The notes under the pieces are model-generated. The model was not told where the DNA came from and ran no database searches. It saw only the letters and a list, made by a program, of their open reading frames with translations. Shown one piece after another: positions 48,278 through 57,553 of a stretch of 64,000 nucleotides of DNA. The position numbers and the translations under genes were made by a program. Positions within the stretch are counted from its first letter, which is position 1. Each line of letters opens with the position of its first letter. This stretch comes from Candidatus Woesearchaeota archaeon (GTDB taxonomy: Archaea > Nanobdellota > Nanobdellia > Woesearchaeales > SKGA01): positions 13,081 through 77,080 of the forward strand of contig JAFGOT010000010.1 in the NCBI GenBank assembly GCA_016926395.1, in the 5' to 3' direction.

Positions 48278-51200
48278 TTATACTAAAAAGGTTTCATACC
48301 CATATTTTGAACTTATTTGATCTACTCCTTGAGCAACTAGCCCTTCTTGGTTTAAATCAATTTGTTGATATACTAAAATCGCTGGTTTGTAGTATTTTCC
48401 CATCACATTGTATTTACTAACGACATAAGAAGTATCTCCATCAACAAGCATTATTTTTGAGTTAGCATTTACACTTGTAGAAGATCTAACTGCATCATTA
48501 AATGCAGATATTAACTCTTGATCTTGTTCTATCAAAGCTCGCGTATCTTCTAGGTTGGTAATGTCATATCTATAAGTATCACGAAGTTTTGCTAACACAT
48601 CATAACCTGAATATTTACAAAAACGATCAGTTTCAGTTCTTTTGCTTTCGGCAATATTGAATTGGTTGGTCCCATACTCGAAATGCCAATCTTCATTTCC
48701 ATACCTTACAAATCCCAAAGAACACATTATATCTTCCATCAAAAGGGGATTTACTCCTTTTTTAGTAACCGCATCTTTCATTTCAATATCAATAGCGCCT
48801 GAAACCATGTGAGGACATAATTTTTGACCTTTAGGATTCGGATCACATGCTAAACTAGTATCGTAACCATTGGCAACAAATAACTTTTGTTGAATATCAT
48901 AAGTCCTATATGCTTGAGTTATAGATATTTCTAAATTTAATGGTTCTAAATAAAGTTGAGAAAGTTCATGTAATTTTAAGACCAATTCCTTATTTCCCGC
49001 ACATATTTTTCCAACACGCGTATTTTTTTCATCACAAGTTACTCGAGGTATATTTGCTATTCTATACAAATTTTCTCCTGTCGTTGGATGTTTTATTCCG
49101 GGATAGACTTCAAGTTCAATATCAGTATCATCAAACTTTGCAATTTCTGGTTTTGCAGCTTTTCCGTATAATTCTTCTAGCGTAATTTTTGGCTGATAAA
49201 AATTTTTACATACTAAACCTGAAATATATGATGATTCAGGAATTACTTTTGAAACTAAGCTTCCTGCCGTCATATCAGGCATTGGAAGGCCCTCCCAGTC
49301 AAAAGATTTGTTGTTTTCGTAAGCATCGAAGGAAGTTATTTTATAATAATAAGACATTCCTGGTTCGAATGGAAAATCTCCCCCATAAAATCTTAGTCTT
49401 GCATAATAAGTTATTTTAGAGTTTGTCGTTGTCTTGTAAAGAACACCAATCGTGTCTGCTTTTGATGGGTCTTCTATTTCTATTGCATCTATTGAATAAA
49501 ATTCATAATCAAAATAATTATTTGTTGAGTCTTTGTTTGTAGATATTTCTAGAGCAAATTTGTCTACAAAATGATCATCAATCGGAACATCCCAAGAGAG
49601 CATTGGAACGATGTCCTCAAGACAAGACGAGTAAGATGTTTTTCCATACGTTAGTTCTGGCGCTTTAGTATCATTTAGATAAACTGAGAAATCAATCGTC
49701 TCATCAGAAAAGGTTGTATGTGCTTGTAACCTAAAGTTGTGTTTGTTATCTTTACAAGATAATTGACCATAACCTTTTTTGTAAGGAACCCATTTCATAT
49801 CATTTTTTCCTTTAACAACAGCTAAAGAATCAAAGTCAACACCAACTTCCATAGATTTATCTTTAACAGGTCTTTCTATATCAAAATAAGTTTTATTTTT
49901 TTGATTATCATAAGTAATTTCTAAGTATTCTACATCGGAGAAGTCAAAAACAGCATCCGCAAGGTTCGCTATTGCTTTTAATGGTGCAAAGGCGATTTCT
50001 GATAAAACACTTATTGTTCCATCTTCTTTTTCTTCAGTTGTTTCGACAATATAAAATTTTACTGGATTAAAAGGAAGAGACAGTAAATATTTTTGAGTAT
50101 CTGAGTCAAGACCATAACTATCTCTATCACCTACATAAACCACGCCTGATTTTTCAAGGCGTATTGCAAAATCTTTCGTTGGTTTTTTCAATTGCGTGTT
50201 CAACTTTAATTCACAAGTGCAGCTTTCCTGACCATTTTCATAACAATCATATATTTGATCTATAAAATCATATCCAACAGCATTTTCTTCATCATCTATT
50301 GTTATTTTAATTTGATGTTTAGAATTAAAATTACTTATTTCATTTTTTATACATACATCTAATTTATCAGTACATTTTTCAGTCACATAATTTACAAAAG
50401 AATTTATTTCATCTAATTCTTCAAAGTTAATCTTGTCTTCTGTTATGAATTTTGGATTTATTGTAAAATAACTATTAGATTTTACTCTAGACCCACTAAC
50501 TCCCGCCATTAAAGATCCTGAGCACTGTTCTTGCAAAGCTTTTGCAACCAAATTAGGATATAAAAATATTTCATCATGTTTTGCTTTTTTCTCAAACGCG
50601 CCGCCCAATCTTGAAGCTCCCGTTTGTACATCTTCGTAAGTTATATCACTCCATTGCAAAGTAGAAGGTGGACGACCTAATCTTGCACTAGCGGCTTCTT
50701 TAATATATTTAGTGGTTGTTCCTCCTGAATTGTATGCCATTGCAACAAAGTAAAAGTTAGGATTTTGAGGATCAACTATTCTCGTGTCTGTCATCAAAGA
50801 ATTAAGCAAAGCAGCACCAGTCATTATTCCTTGTCTTGTATCTCCTGCTTTTAATTCCTCATACGAACAATATTCATTTGGTTGTCGATTTATTGACTCA
50901 CAAGTTATTGGTGCAATTTGCATCACTGTGCACATTCCAACCTCATTACAATTACCTTTACCAGGAGATCCTCCTCCTGACAAATATAAGTCTGCAGCAG
51001 ACCCTCCATTTACTTCTGTATTCATTATTGCTAAAATTAGTTCTGCAGGAACTTTAGGATATTTTTCGTGTGCTTCTAGAACATATTTTAATGAATCATG
51101 AGAATTTAAACTTCCTATTAATTCACTAACTGATTTTCTTGAGCCACTAAGTTGATTATTTATTTGTGTGAAGTCAACAGGAACAACACAATCACCACCT

Positions 51201-52387
51201 GATGACTCTTCAAAACCAGGTAGATTTTCTAACCCAGAATTAGAATATTCTAATCTTAAAACCAAATTAATTTCTGTTTCTTCATTCTTGAAAAAGGAAC
51301 TTGATAACGTTTCTCTTACAAGTCCTGACTGTGGACTAGAATGAACAATTTCATCATTCCCAACATAAACCATCATGTGCGTTGGTATTCCATCTTCAGG
51401 ATAAGTGAATAATATGTCTCCTGGAAGTGCGTTTTGTATTATGTTCTCTTTCGTACAAGAATCCCCTTCACAAACTATGTTTCCTTTTTTTGCGTCTTCA
51501 AAATATTCTTGGGTTGTTTTTCTCGTTTCAAAGAAATTTACTGTTGTGTGTTTTCCAAGCCACCACAAAAAACCCGCACCATCAAATCCTGGCTTTGTAA
51601 ATTCGCCAGTTTCTTCATTGACACTTTGTAATTCTACACCATAAAAAATATCTGCTAATAATGAATCCGCGTAGCTATAAGGTGATGATCCTCCTTTAAC
51701 ATATTGCATTGAAGTTCCTGATGATTTGTAAAATTGCTCAAAGTATGTTGCTCCTTGTGAAAAACAATCTCCTGAAGAGCAAACAAAAGTTCTTTCGTCT
51801 TTGTATGTTCCAAACAAACCTACAGGGTACTTAACTGCTTTAGATTCATCAAATGTTGCTTTTGAAGTTATAGGTATGTTTAGATTTTGGACCGAACCTT
51901 CAATTCGGATTTTATCTTTTTGAAGATTAGAATCTCTTTTTGATGTAATTATATCAATATAAGTGTTTCCTGCCAGAGAATAGTCTTTGTAACCAGATAA
52001 ATAATTGACTATTGTTCGTCTATAATAGTTTGTATAGCTCTCTAAAAAATCAGGTTGACAATTATCATTTTCAGAATTGTAATTTGGATAAAGATGAATA
52101 CCGCATTTTTTGAATTGTGGTTTTCCTGTTGTTTGAAATTCATATATACCGCTATTTTTGAAGAGCAAATCTTTTGCTAAGTTTTTAGAGTATTCTCCGC
52201 TTAATTCAACATAATTAGTTACTGCTTCTGATTGTTCATTAGCAAACAAGATATCATATTGTTTTAGACCAATAGGAGTCTCTAAAGGACTTCCACCAAA
52301 TACATCAAACACTCCTCCAAATATCATCAAGAGTAAAAAGACAACCCCAAATATGGGCCATGGATTAAATGCTTTTTTGTATTTCAT
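48278..52387 (-). CDS. Multidomain peptidoglycan hydrolase-like protein: class III signal, NlpC/P60 (Cys lost), SLT/lysozyme-like, Ig/Fn3-like, M15 Zn-peptidase
   Basis: KKA|FNPWPIFGVVFLLL. GFDGAGF...PGDILF...HMMVYVG...IVHSS. AELILAIMNTE...MQI...AMAYNSG. AYRT...Q...PHMVSGAID...EDWHFE. Confidence 0.85.
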   Translation of the reverse strand: MKYKKAFNPWPIFGVVFLLLMIFGGVFDVFGGSPLETPIGLKQYDILFANEQSEAVTNYVELSGEYSKNLAKDLLFKNSGIYEFQTTGKPQFKKCGIHLYPNYNSENDNCQPDFLESYTNYYRRTIVNYLSGYKDYSLAGNTYIDIITSKRDSNLQKDKIRIEGSVQNLNIPITSKATFDESKAVKYPVGLFGTYKDERTFVCSSGDCFSQGATYFEQFYKSSGTSMQYVKGGSSPYSYADSLLADIFYGVELQSVNEETGEFTKPGFDGAGFLWWLGKHTTVNFFETRKTTQEYFEDAKKGNIVCEGDSCTKENIIQNALPGDILFTYPEDGIPTHMMVYVGNDEIVHSSPQSGLVRETLSSSFFKNEETEINLVLRLEYSNSGLENLPGFEESSGGDCVVPVDFTQINNQLSGSRKSVSELIGSLNSHDSLKYVLEAHEKYPKVPAELILAIMNTEVNGGSAADLYLSGGGSPGKGNCNEVGMCTVMQIAPITCESINRQPNEYCSYEELKAGDTRQGIMTGAALLNSLMTDTRIVDPQNPNFYFVAMAYNSGGTTTKYIKEAASARLGRPPSTLQWSDITYEDVQTGASRLGGAFEKKAKHDEIFLYPNLVAKALQEQCSGSLMAGVSGSRVKSNSYFTINPKFITEDKINFEELDEINSFVNYVTEKCTDKLDVCIKNEISNFNSKHQIKITIDDEENAVGYDFIDQIYDCYENGQESCTCELKLNTQLKKPTKDFAIRLEKSGVVYVGDRDSYGLDSDTQKYLLSLPFNPVKFYIVETTEEKEDGTISVLSEIAFAPLKAIANLADAVFDFSDVEYLEITYDNQKNKTYFDIERPVKDKSMEVGVDFDSLAVVKGKNDMKWVPYKKGYGQLSCKDNKHNFRLQAHTTFSDETIDFSVYLNDTKAPELTYGKTSYSSCLEDIVPMLSWDVPIDDHFVDKFALEISTNKDSTNNYFDYEFYSIDAIEIEDPSKADTIGVLYKTTTNSKITYYARLRFYGGDFPFEPGMSYYYKITSFDAYENNKSFDWEGLPMPDMTAGSLVSKVIPESSYISGLVCKNFYQPKITLEELYGKAAKPEIAKFDDTDIELEVYPGIKHPTTGENLYRIANIPRVTCDEKNTRVGKICAGNKELVLKLHELSQLYLEPLNLEISITQAYRTYDIQQKLFVANGYDTSLACDPNPKGQKLCPHMVSGAIDIEMKDAVTKKGVNPLLMEDIMCSLGFVRYGNEDWHFEYGTNQFNIAESKRTETDRFCKYSGYDVLAKLRDTYRYDITNLEDTRALIEQDQELISAFNDAVRSSTSVNANSKIMLVDGDTSYVVSKYNVMGKYYKPAILVYQQIDLNQEGLVAQGVDQISSKYGYETFLV

Positions 52388-52390
52388 TTT

Positions 52391-53008
52391 TTATCGACGT
52401 ATGTTTGTTGAAAACGTATTTGAATCTCTTTTTTCATCAGTAGTTTTTATTTTGAACAAAATATATTTGTCAGTAGGATTAAATTGATCTCCTTTTTCGT
52501 AAAAAGGAATTTGTAATTCGACATCTACCTGTGCTTCATCAGAATAAACTATTCCCTTGTCTTGTAGGGATTCTGAGCTTGTTGCCCACGTACTTGCAAC
52601 TATAACCTTGTCTTGTTCTTGACCTAAAAAATAATAGGTAAAAGACGCCTCGGATTCAAACACCCCAGTTCTTAGGTGTGGTTTTATTGAGACTTCAGCC
52701 AAATCATACAACGCACGTCTTAATTCATTTTTTTCAGTGTAGTTGTTTAGATTAAAGTAATAATTAGCCCAATTTGCAACCTCTCTTGTTTCACCCTTGA
52801 ATTCCATTGGTGTTTGCAAATAAGTTCTTGCTAATTGTATTGTCTGGTATCCTTCTTTTAGACTAGCTACTTGTTGATAATTATCTTGTTTTTCTCTATC
52901 AGACATATTCATCATCAAAAAAAGACCAATAATAACTAAGGCTCCGCCTACTAAAAAGTAAAACCATTCTGAAGTATAGTCTCCTTTCTTGTTATTTTTT
53001 ATTCTCAT
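52391..53008 (-). CDS. Type IV pilin-like protein
   Basis: NNKKG|DYTSEWFYFLVGGALVIIGLFLMM, with Glu at +5. Confidence 0.8.
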   Translation of the reverse strand: MRIKNNKKGDYTSEWFYFLVGGALVIIGLFLMMNMSDREKQDNYQQVASLKEGYQTIQLARTYLQTPMEFKGETREVANWANYYFNLNNYTEKNELRRALYDLAEVSIKPHLRTGVFESEASFTYYFLGQEQDKVIVASTWATSSESLQDKGIVYSDEAQVDVELQIPFYEKGDQFNPTDKYILFKIKTTDEKRDSNTFSTNIRR

Positions 53009-53484
53009 GGTGTAAAGTATATCATTCCAGGTTTCATTGTTCCGTCATCTTTTGCCACGATTACATATCTTGCATAAGCAATTTTAGAAACAAAGGGATT
53101 TCCTATCAGAGCCGTTGTTTTAGGAAAATCTCCCTCAATTACGGGTTTTACAGTTATCGTAAATGCTTGTGGATAATTAGACTTAAAACAGGCATCAAGA
53201 TTTTCATTAGTTACTTTTCTTAAATCAATTACGTTTTGTTTAATCATATTTGTTTGTGGATCTTCATAAGCAAAGCAAATGTTTGTTGCTCTTGCTAACT
53301 TAAAATCTGCATCGATAGAATCATGAACTTCCGTTTTTGAATCCATATTTCTAACTACAAGGATGACAAATGCTGTGATTAAAGCCCCAACAAATAACAC
53401 CCATATGACATAGAAGAAAAACTTGTTTGTAGAAAGAAATCCTTCATGGTCATCTCCTCGTTTATTTTTTAGTAGCTTTTTCAT
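53005..53484 (-). CDS. Type IV pilin-like protein
   Basis: KNKRG| followed by a short polar stretch and hydrophobic helix FFFYVIWVLFVGALITAFVILVV. Confidence 0.72.
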   Translation of the reverse strand: MKKLLKNKRGDDHEGFLSTNKFFFYVIWVLFVGALITAFVILVVRNMDSKTEVHDSIDADFKLARATNICFAYEDPQTNMIKQNVIDLRKVTNENLDACFKSNYPQAFTITVKPVIEGDFPKTTALIGNPFVSKIAYARYVIVAKDDGTMKPGMIYFTP

Positions 53485-54359
53485 CGACCAACACCGTAAT
53501 ATTTTGAAAGTGAATAAGATATTAAATAACCCATTTTTCTTCTAATCGTATCTTCGCCAAATATTTTTTTGTTTTCAATGCTGTTTGCTAAACTAAACTC
53601 AATAACTTCCTTTTGACCATAATTTTTTGATATTGGAACAGTTAAAAGATTAAGTTCATTTTCTAGTAGTTTTTGCATGTTCTCTGCGATTGCTTTTGTA
53701 TCTTCCTCACCATCAGTCGAATAATAAATAATATTTTTGTCATTAACCAAACCGTCATGAGAACTTATTTTAACAGTTAAGGAGTTCGTATCGCCTGTTT
53801 CGAAATTTCGTTTTATTTCCTCTTTAACAATAATTGATAATTTTTCTAATGTTAAATCAAAACTGTTTACTCCCGTTGTATCAAATTCAACAGTTACATT
53901 TGGTTTTTCTTTTGATGTAACTTCAAGGACGTCAACCGCTTGAGTTGATTTAAAGTCCCCTAGTTTTATCTCATCTCCGGATTTAATTATATAAAAATCA
54001 GAAACATCTACATCTTGTTCTTTTGGAATACTCACTCCCTCTCGCAGAGTAAAATATCTTTTGTTAAACGAAAAATCGGTTTCTGGAGGTATCTCTCCAT
54101 CTTGAACTAAACTTATAGAATCTCCGTTTAATTTAACAGTATAACCATCTAATGTTTCAGGGTACTCATATCTAAAATCATAAGCTGTTGCTTGTGCAAT
54201 TTCCATCGTTCTTGCAACGTCTTCTGCAGTTACTGCTTTTTCAACAAGTAAAGGGTTTGAAGATTGACCCATAACGGTTCCAAACATAAGGATTAAAACA
54301 CCAATTAGTACAAACTCTCCAACTAAATATACTTGTGTTGATTTTGCACTTTTGTTCAT
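53481..54359 (-). CDS. Pilin-like membrane-anchored protein with possible degenerate Amidase_3-like C-terminal domain
   Basis: Basic N-terminus with atypical cleavage site, hydrophobic helix. C-terminal IIYY...KAIAENMQKLL...VIEF...MGYLISYSLSKYY pattern. Confidence 0.65.
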   Translation of the reverse strand: MNKSAKSTQVYLVGEFVLIGVLILMFGTVMGQSSNPLLVEKAVTAEDVARTMEIAQATAYDFRYEYPETLDGYTVKLNGDSISLVQDGEIPPETDFSFNKRYFTLREGVSIPKEQDVDVSDFYIIKSGDEIKLGDFKSTQAVDVLEVTSKEKPNVTVEFDTTGVNSFDLTLEKLSIIVKEEIKRNFETGDTNSLTVKISSHDGLVNDKNIIYYSTDGEEDTKAIAENMQKLLENELNLLTVPISKNYGQKEVIEFSLANSIENKKIFGEDTIRRKMGYLISYSLSKYYGVGR

Positions 54360-54373
54360 AAAAACCCCTCTTT

Positions 54374-55750
54374 TTAAGAAACAAAATTAATTAAACTATT
54401 TCCTTCGTTATCTATCTCAGATTTCAGTTTATAATTTGCAGATTCAATAACTAAATTTCCTGCACTTGTTCCTGTGATTGTAATACTATCTTTTTGCACT
54501 CCTTTAACACGAGGCATTGGATAAGGAAAAGATGTTGATGCTAAAACATCTTGTTCTTTTCTTAACTCTATTGTTGTTATTCCTGTTTTGTTATGAAAGT
54601 AGATATTGTATTCTTTTGATGTAGGAACTGATAAAAATACATTTACAAAATTTGTCTGTAATTGATATATACAAATATTAATATCAGGATTGTTCTTTCT
54701 ACAAAGAAGAAAATTTGTTTGAAGTTCCTTATCTAAATAGTTAAAACTTTGAATAACTTTATTTGTTTTCTCTAACTCTATTTTTTGTTTTTTAGCATTC
54801 TCAATTCCGTTTGTGTAAAGACATTTTGGTTGTATGCAAACACCTGTTATGTTTGTGTTAGGTATTTTCTCAAAAGTTATATTATAAAGAGGCACGCTAA
54901 GAATTTTTTCGTCTCTCTCTTTATTTGTTTGAGGTATTCCCATCCCGCCTATAACAACTCCGCCTTCCCAGAAATAATTATTTTTTATTACAAGTCTTCT
55001 TTTAGTCATTCCATCTCTATAGAAATTTCCTAAGTCAACTAGCACAGGAGCAGCACCTCCTGAGGAAACATATTTATGTTCATCAGGTTCAAAAATACTT
55101 GCCATCGTATCTCTAGCAGTTGTTTGTAATCCCATTGGTATTTCTAAAGGAAGTAACTGTGAATCAAAATCATTAAATTCTTTATCTAAGCCTCGCGAAT
55201 TTGCAAATATTGTGTTTGGGTTAGGTGCTTCTAAACATTGCATTTGAGAATCTTCCCAACTACCAAACACAGTTGTTGAAGGATAAATTCCAAGGGATCT
55301 AATATATGGAGATTCCATTTTTTGTTCCCAGAATTTTGCATTAGAGCTGTAACAAACACACGCTTTATTTTGACAAACTTCCAAATCAGGTCTTTTGAAA
55401 ACAAAATCTCCATTAATAAGAATATCATTAATATCTGTCGTCAAAGGATTAGAGATTCCTGAATATTTTATTTTTATTGGACCGACTCCTTCTGAGAAAA
55501 AAAGAAAAGCATCACCTGTAGCACCAACTATTACTTGAGTACTAATGTTTGGTTTTGCTGGATCATCTAAATTTTCTAAATATGCATTAAATGAAGTTAG
55601 TTTTCCTGAATTATCAAAGTGCTTTTTTGATAGTAGAGGATTGCTATGCGCCACATTAAAACAACCAACAGTTAACAATGCAATCATCACTAAAGAGAGT
55701 AATATTCCCATTGGAATGCCAGACCCTTTTTGATAATTAACAAACGTCAT
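54374..55750 (-). CDS. Large type IV pilin-like protein (minor pilin/adhesin)
   Basis: YQKG|SGIPMGILLSLVMIALL; CQNKACVC Cys cluster. Confidence 0.75.
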   Translation of the reverse strand: MTFVNYQKGSGIPMGILLSLVMIALLTVGCFNVAHSNPLLSKKHFDNSGKLTSFNAYLENLDDPAKPNISTQVIVGATGDAFLFFSEGVGPIKIKYSGISNPLTTDINDILINGDFVFKRPDLEVCQNKACVCYSSNAKFWEQKMESPYIRSLGIYPSTTVFGSWEDSQMQCLEAPNPNTIFANSRGLDKEFNDFDSQLLPLEIPMGLQTTARDTMASIFEPDEHKYVSSGGAAPVLVDLGNFYRDGMTKRRLVIKNNYFWEGGVVIGGMGIPQTNKERDEKILSVPLYNITFEKIPNTNITGVCIQPKCLYTNGIENAKKQKIELEKTNKVIQSFNYLDKELQTNFLLCRKNNPDINICIYQLQTNFVNVFLSVPTSKEYNIYFHNKTGITTIELRKEQDVLASTSFPYPMPRVKGVQKDSITITGTSAGNLVIESANYKLKSEIDNEGNSLINFVS

Positions 55751-56415
55751 TATTTTGATTTATCCTCAGCAGCTTTTTCTTCCCTCATCCTGGAACAAGT
55801 GTCAGGATCAGTCTTACAACCTGTTGGTTTTTGGTTATCTGTTTCTAATAAATCAGAAACAAATTGTGTATATGTACACTCTTCGGTCGCAGGAAGCGAT
55901 TTTGGAATGCACAAGTCTTTAAGTTCAGCATTCGGAGTAAAATCTACAAATTCAAAATTATAATCTGCCAATTTTATGCTTTGAGAATTTTCTTTTTGAA
56001 ATAAATCATAAAGAGTATCTACTTCGGATTCACTAAGTCTCAAGTATGGTTTTGGGTTTTCTATTAAAACATTTGTTTGGCTTAATTTACCATCAAAATA
56101 TCCATTTAGATAACCTGCTTCTTTCCCGTGCCAAGGCTTAATATCTGTAGCGTACAAATCTTCTTTTATCAAATAATACCTTTCGCTCGTTTTTCCGCCT
56201 GTGATTTCCCTATCACAAGCACAAGTTCCTTGCACACTTTCTAAGTAATCTGTCACTCCGTCATTATCAGTATCTTGAAACTTTGAGAATTCTGCAACTT
56301 GACCCCATGAGGAACCAACACCTTTGCCATATATCAATGCATAACCACCAATTGCTAGCACAATAATAAATATAGTTATTACCAATTGTTCCATTGCACC
56401 CTTATTGTTCATCAT
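55750..56415 (-). CDS. Type IV pilin-like protein with DxDxDG Ca-binding motif
   Basis: NNKG|AMEQLVITIFIIVLAIGG; DTDNDGVTD...CACD. Confidence 0.8.
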   Translation of the reverse strand: MMNNKGAMEQLVITIFIIVLAIGGYALIYGKGVGSSWGQVAEFSKFQDTDNDGVTDYLESVQGTCACDREITGGKTSERYYLIKEDLYATDIKPWHGKEAGYLNGYFDGKLSQTNVLIENPKPYLRLSESEVDTLYDLFQKENSQSIKLADYNFEFVDFTPNAELKDLCIPKSLPATEECTYTQFVSDLLETDNQKPTGCKTDPDTCSRMREEKAAEDKSK

Positions 56416-56430
56416 CTTAATATCACCTGT

Positions 56431-57354
56431 TTAATCAATTTGTACTACCATGTGTTCTCGAATTAAATCATCTATCAATTCAGGACTAGTCAAACCGTTT
56501 CCATCAACCTCAATAGGGGCTTTGTTTGTTAGCTCGGTTGCGGTAATTCCTGATTGTGGGAAAAAAACAACATAATTATCTAATCTGTAAATCAAAATAT
56601 AATCATTACTCCGTTCAGCAATAGTTCTCCCTTCTAAATCATTTTGATAATCATCATAATAAATTTCCGATTTCTTTTCTGTTGAAAAAGCAAACGTCTT
56701 TACAACATTTCGTTCTAGAATTTTATCAAGAGAATAATACGGATCATCCTTTAAATCATTGGGTTTATTATTATTAATTGGAAATCCGGTAGTGTGATAC
56801 AAAAATATTGGTTCGTCGTTTTTGTTCTCTCCTCTAGACATCACAACAAATTTTTTGTCGTTTAGTAAAGAACGGATTGTAATTCTGTCAATATCATTAT
56901 CAAACAGCGCTGCTTCAAAATAAGCTGCTGAACCTGTTTGCAACGACTTTAAATCGTTTGCTCTAAATAATCTGTCTGCATCACGCGATGAGTAAAGTCT
57001 CATCTCACCATCAACTTCAACAAAACCTATCAAATATTTATCCTCTAAAACATCTCTCTTTACTAAGAAAAACTGTCCTTTTTTAACTGGACTTGGTAAT
57101 TGTTTTGTTAAATAAGAATCATCAAGTAATTTTTTAACTATTTCAAAAGAATATATTTTTGCTTCCGTAGAAACAGGTTCTTTAGCGGCAAATATTTTTT
57201 CAGGCAGGTATTTTTCCAAGGATGCTTTTGATTCAATTTGTCTTTTCAAATCACCAACAGCATTAGGATATATTAAAACAAAAACCATGAAACCTATGAC
57301 TACTGCAATAAGAGAAATCAGTAAGTTTGAGATTGCGCGTTTATTATTAATCAT
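56431..57354 (-). CDS. Type IV pilin-like protein
   Basis: MINNKRA|ISNLLISLIAVVIGFMVFVL; ATG 57354 preferred because it overlaps the upstream gene's end. Confidence 0.78.
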   Translation of the reverse strand: MINNKRAISNLLISLIAVVIGFMVFVLIYPNAVGDLKRQIESKASLEKYLPEKIFAAKEPVSTEAKIYSFEIVKKLLDDSYLTKQLPSPVKKGQFFLVKRDVLEDKYLIGFVEVDGEMRLYSSRDADRLFRANDLKSLQTGSAAYFEAALFDNDIDRITIRSLLNDKKFVVMSRGENKNDEPIFLYHTTGFPINNNKPNDLKDDPYYSLDKILERNVVKTFAFSTEKKSEIYYDDYQNDLEGRTIAERSNDYILIYRLDNYVVFFPQSGITATELTNKAPIEVDGNGLTSPELIDDLIREHMVVQID

Positions 57355-57553
57355 TTGTCGATCCAAATAGGCCTCCTGTATAATCAACTAGGTTGTCAAC
57401 ATTTCTATCAAATAATCCATGTTGACTTGCAATAAACATCGCACCAACCAACAACAGTACAACCATAAATAAAATCCAAAGTAGAAGTTGATTGCCTTTA
57501 GTATTATGAAACACCCAGTTTCTTCTTATTAAAAATATTAGGTCTCTAATCAA
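57347..57553 (-). CDS. Small type IV pilin-like protein (68 aa)
   Basis: HNTKG|NQLLLWILFMVVLLLVGAMF; ATGA overlap with the upstream gene. Confidence 0.72.
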   Translation of the reverse strand: MIRDLIFLIRRNWVFHNTKGNQLLLWILFMVVLLLVGAMFIASQHGLFDRNVDNLVDYTGGLFGSTND

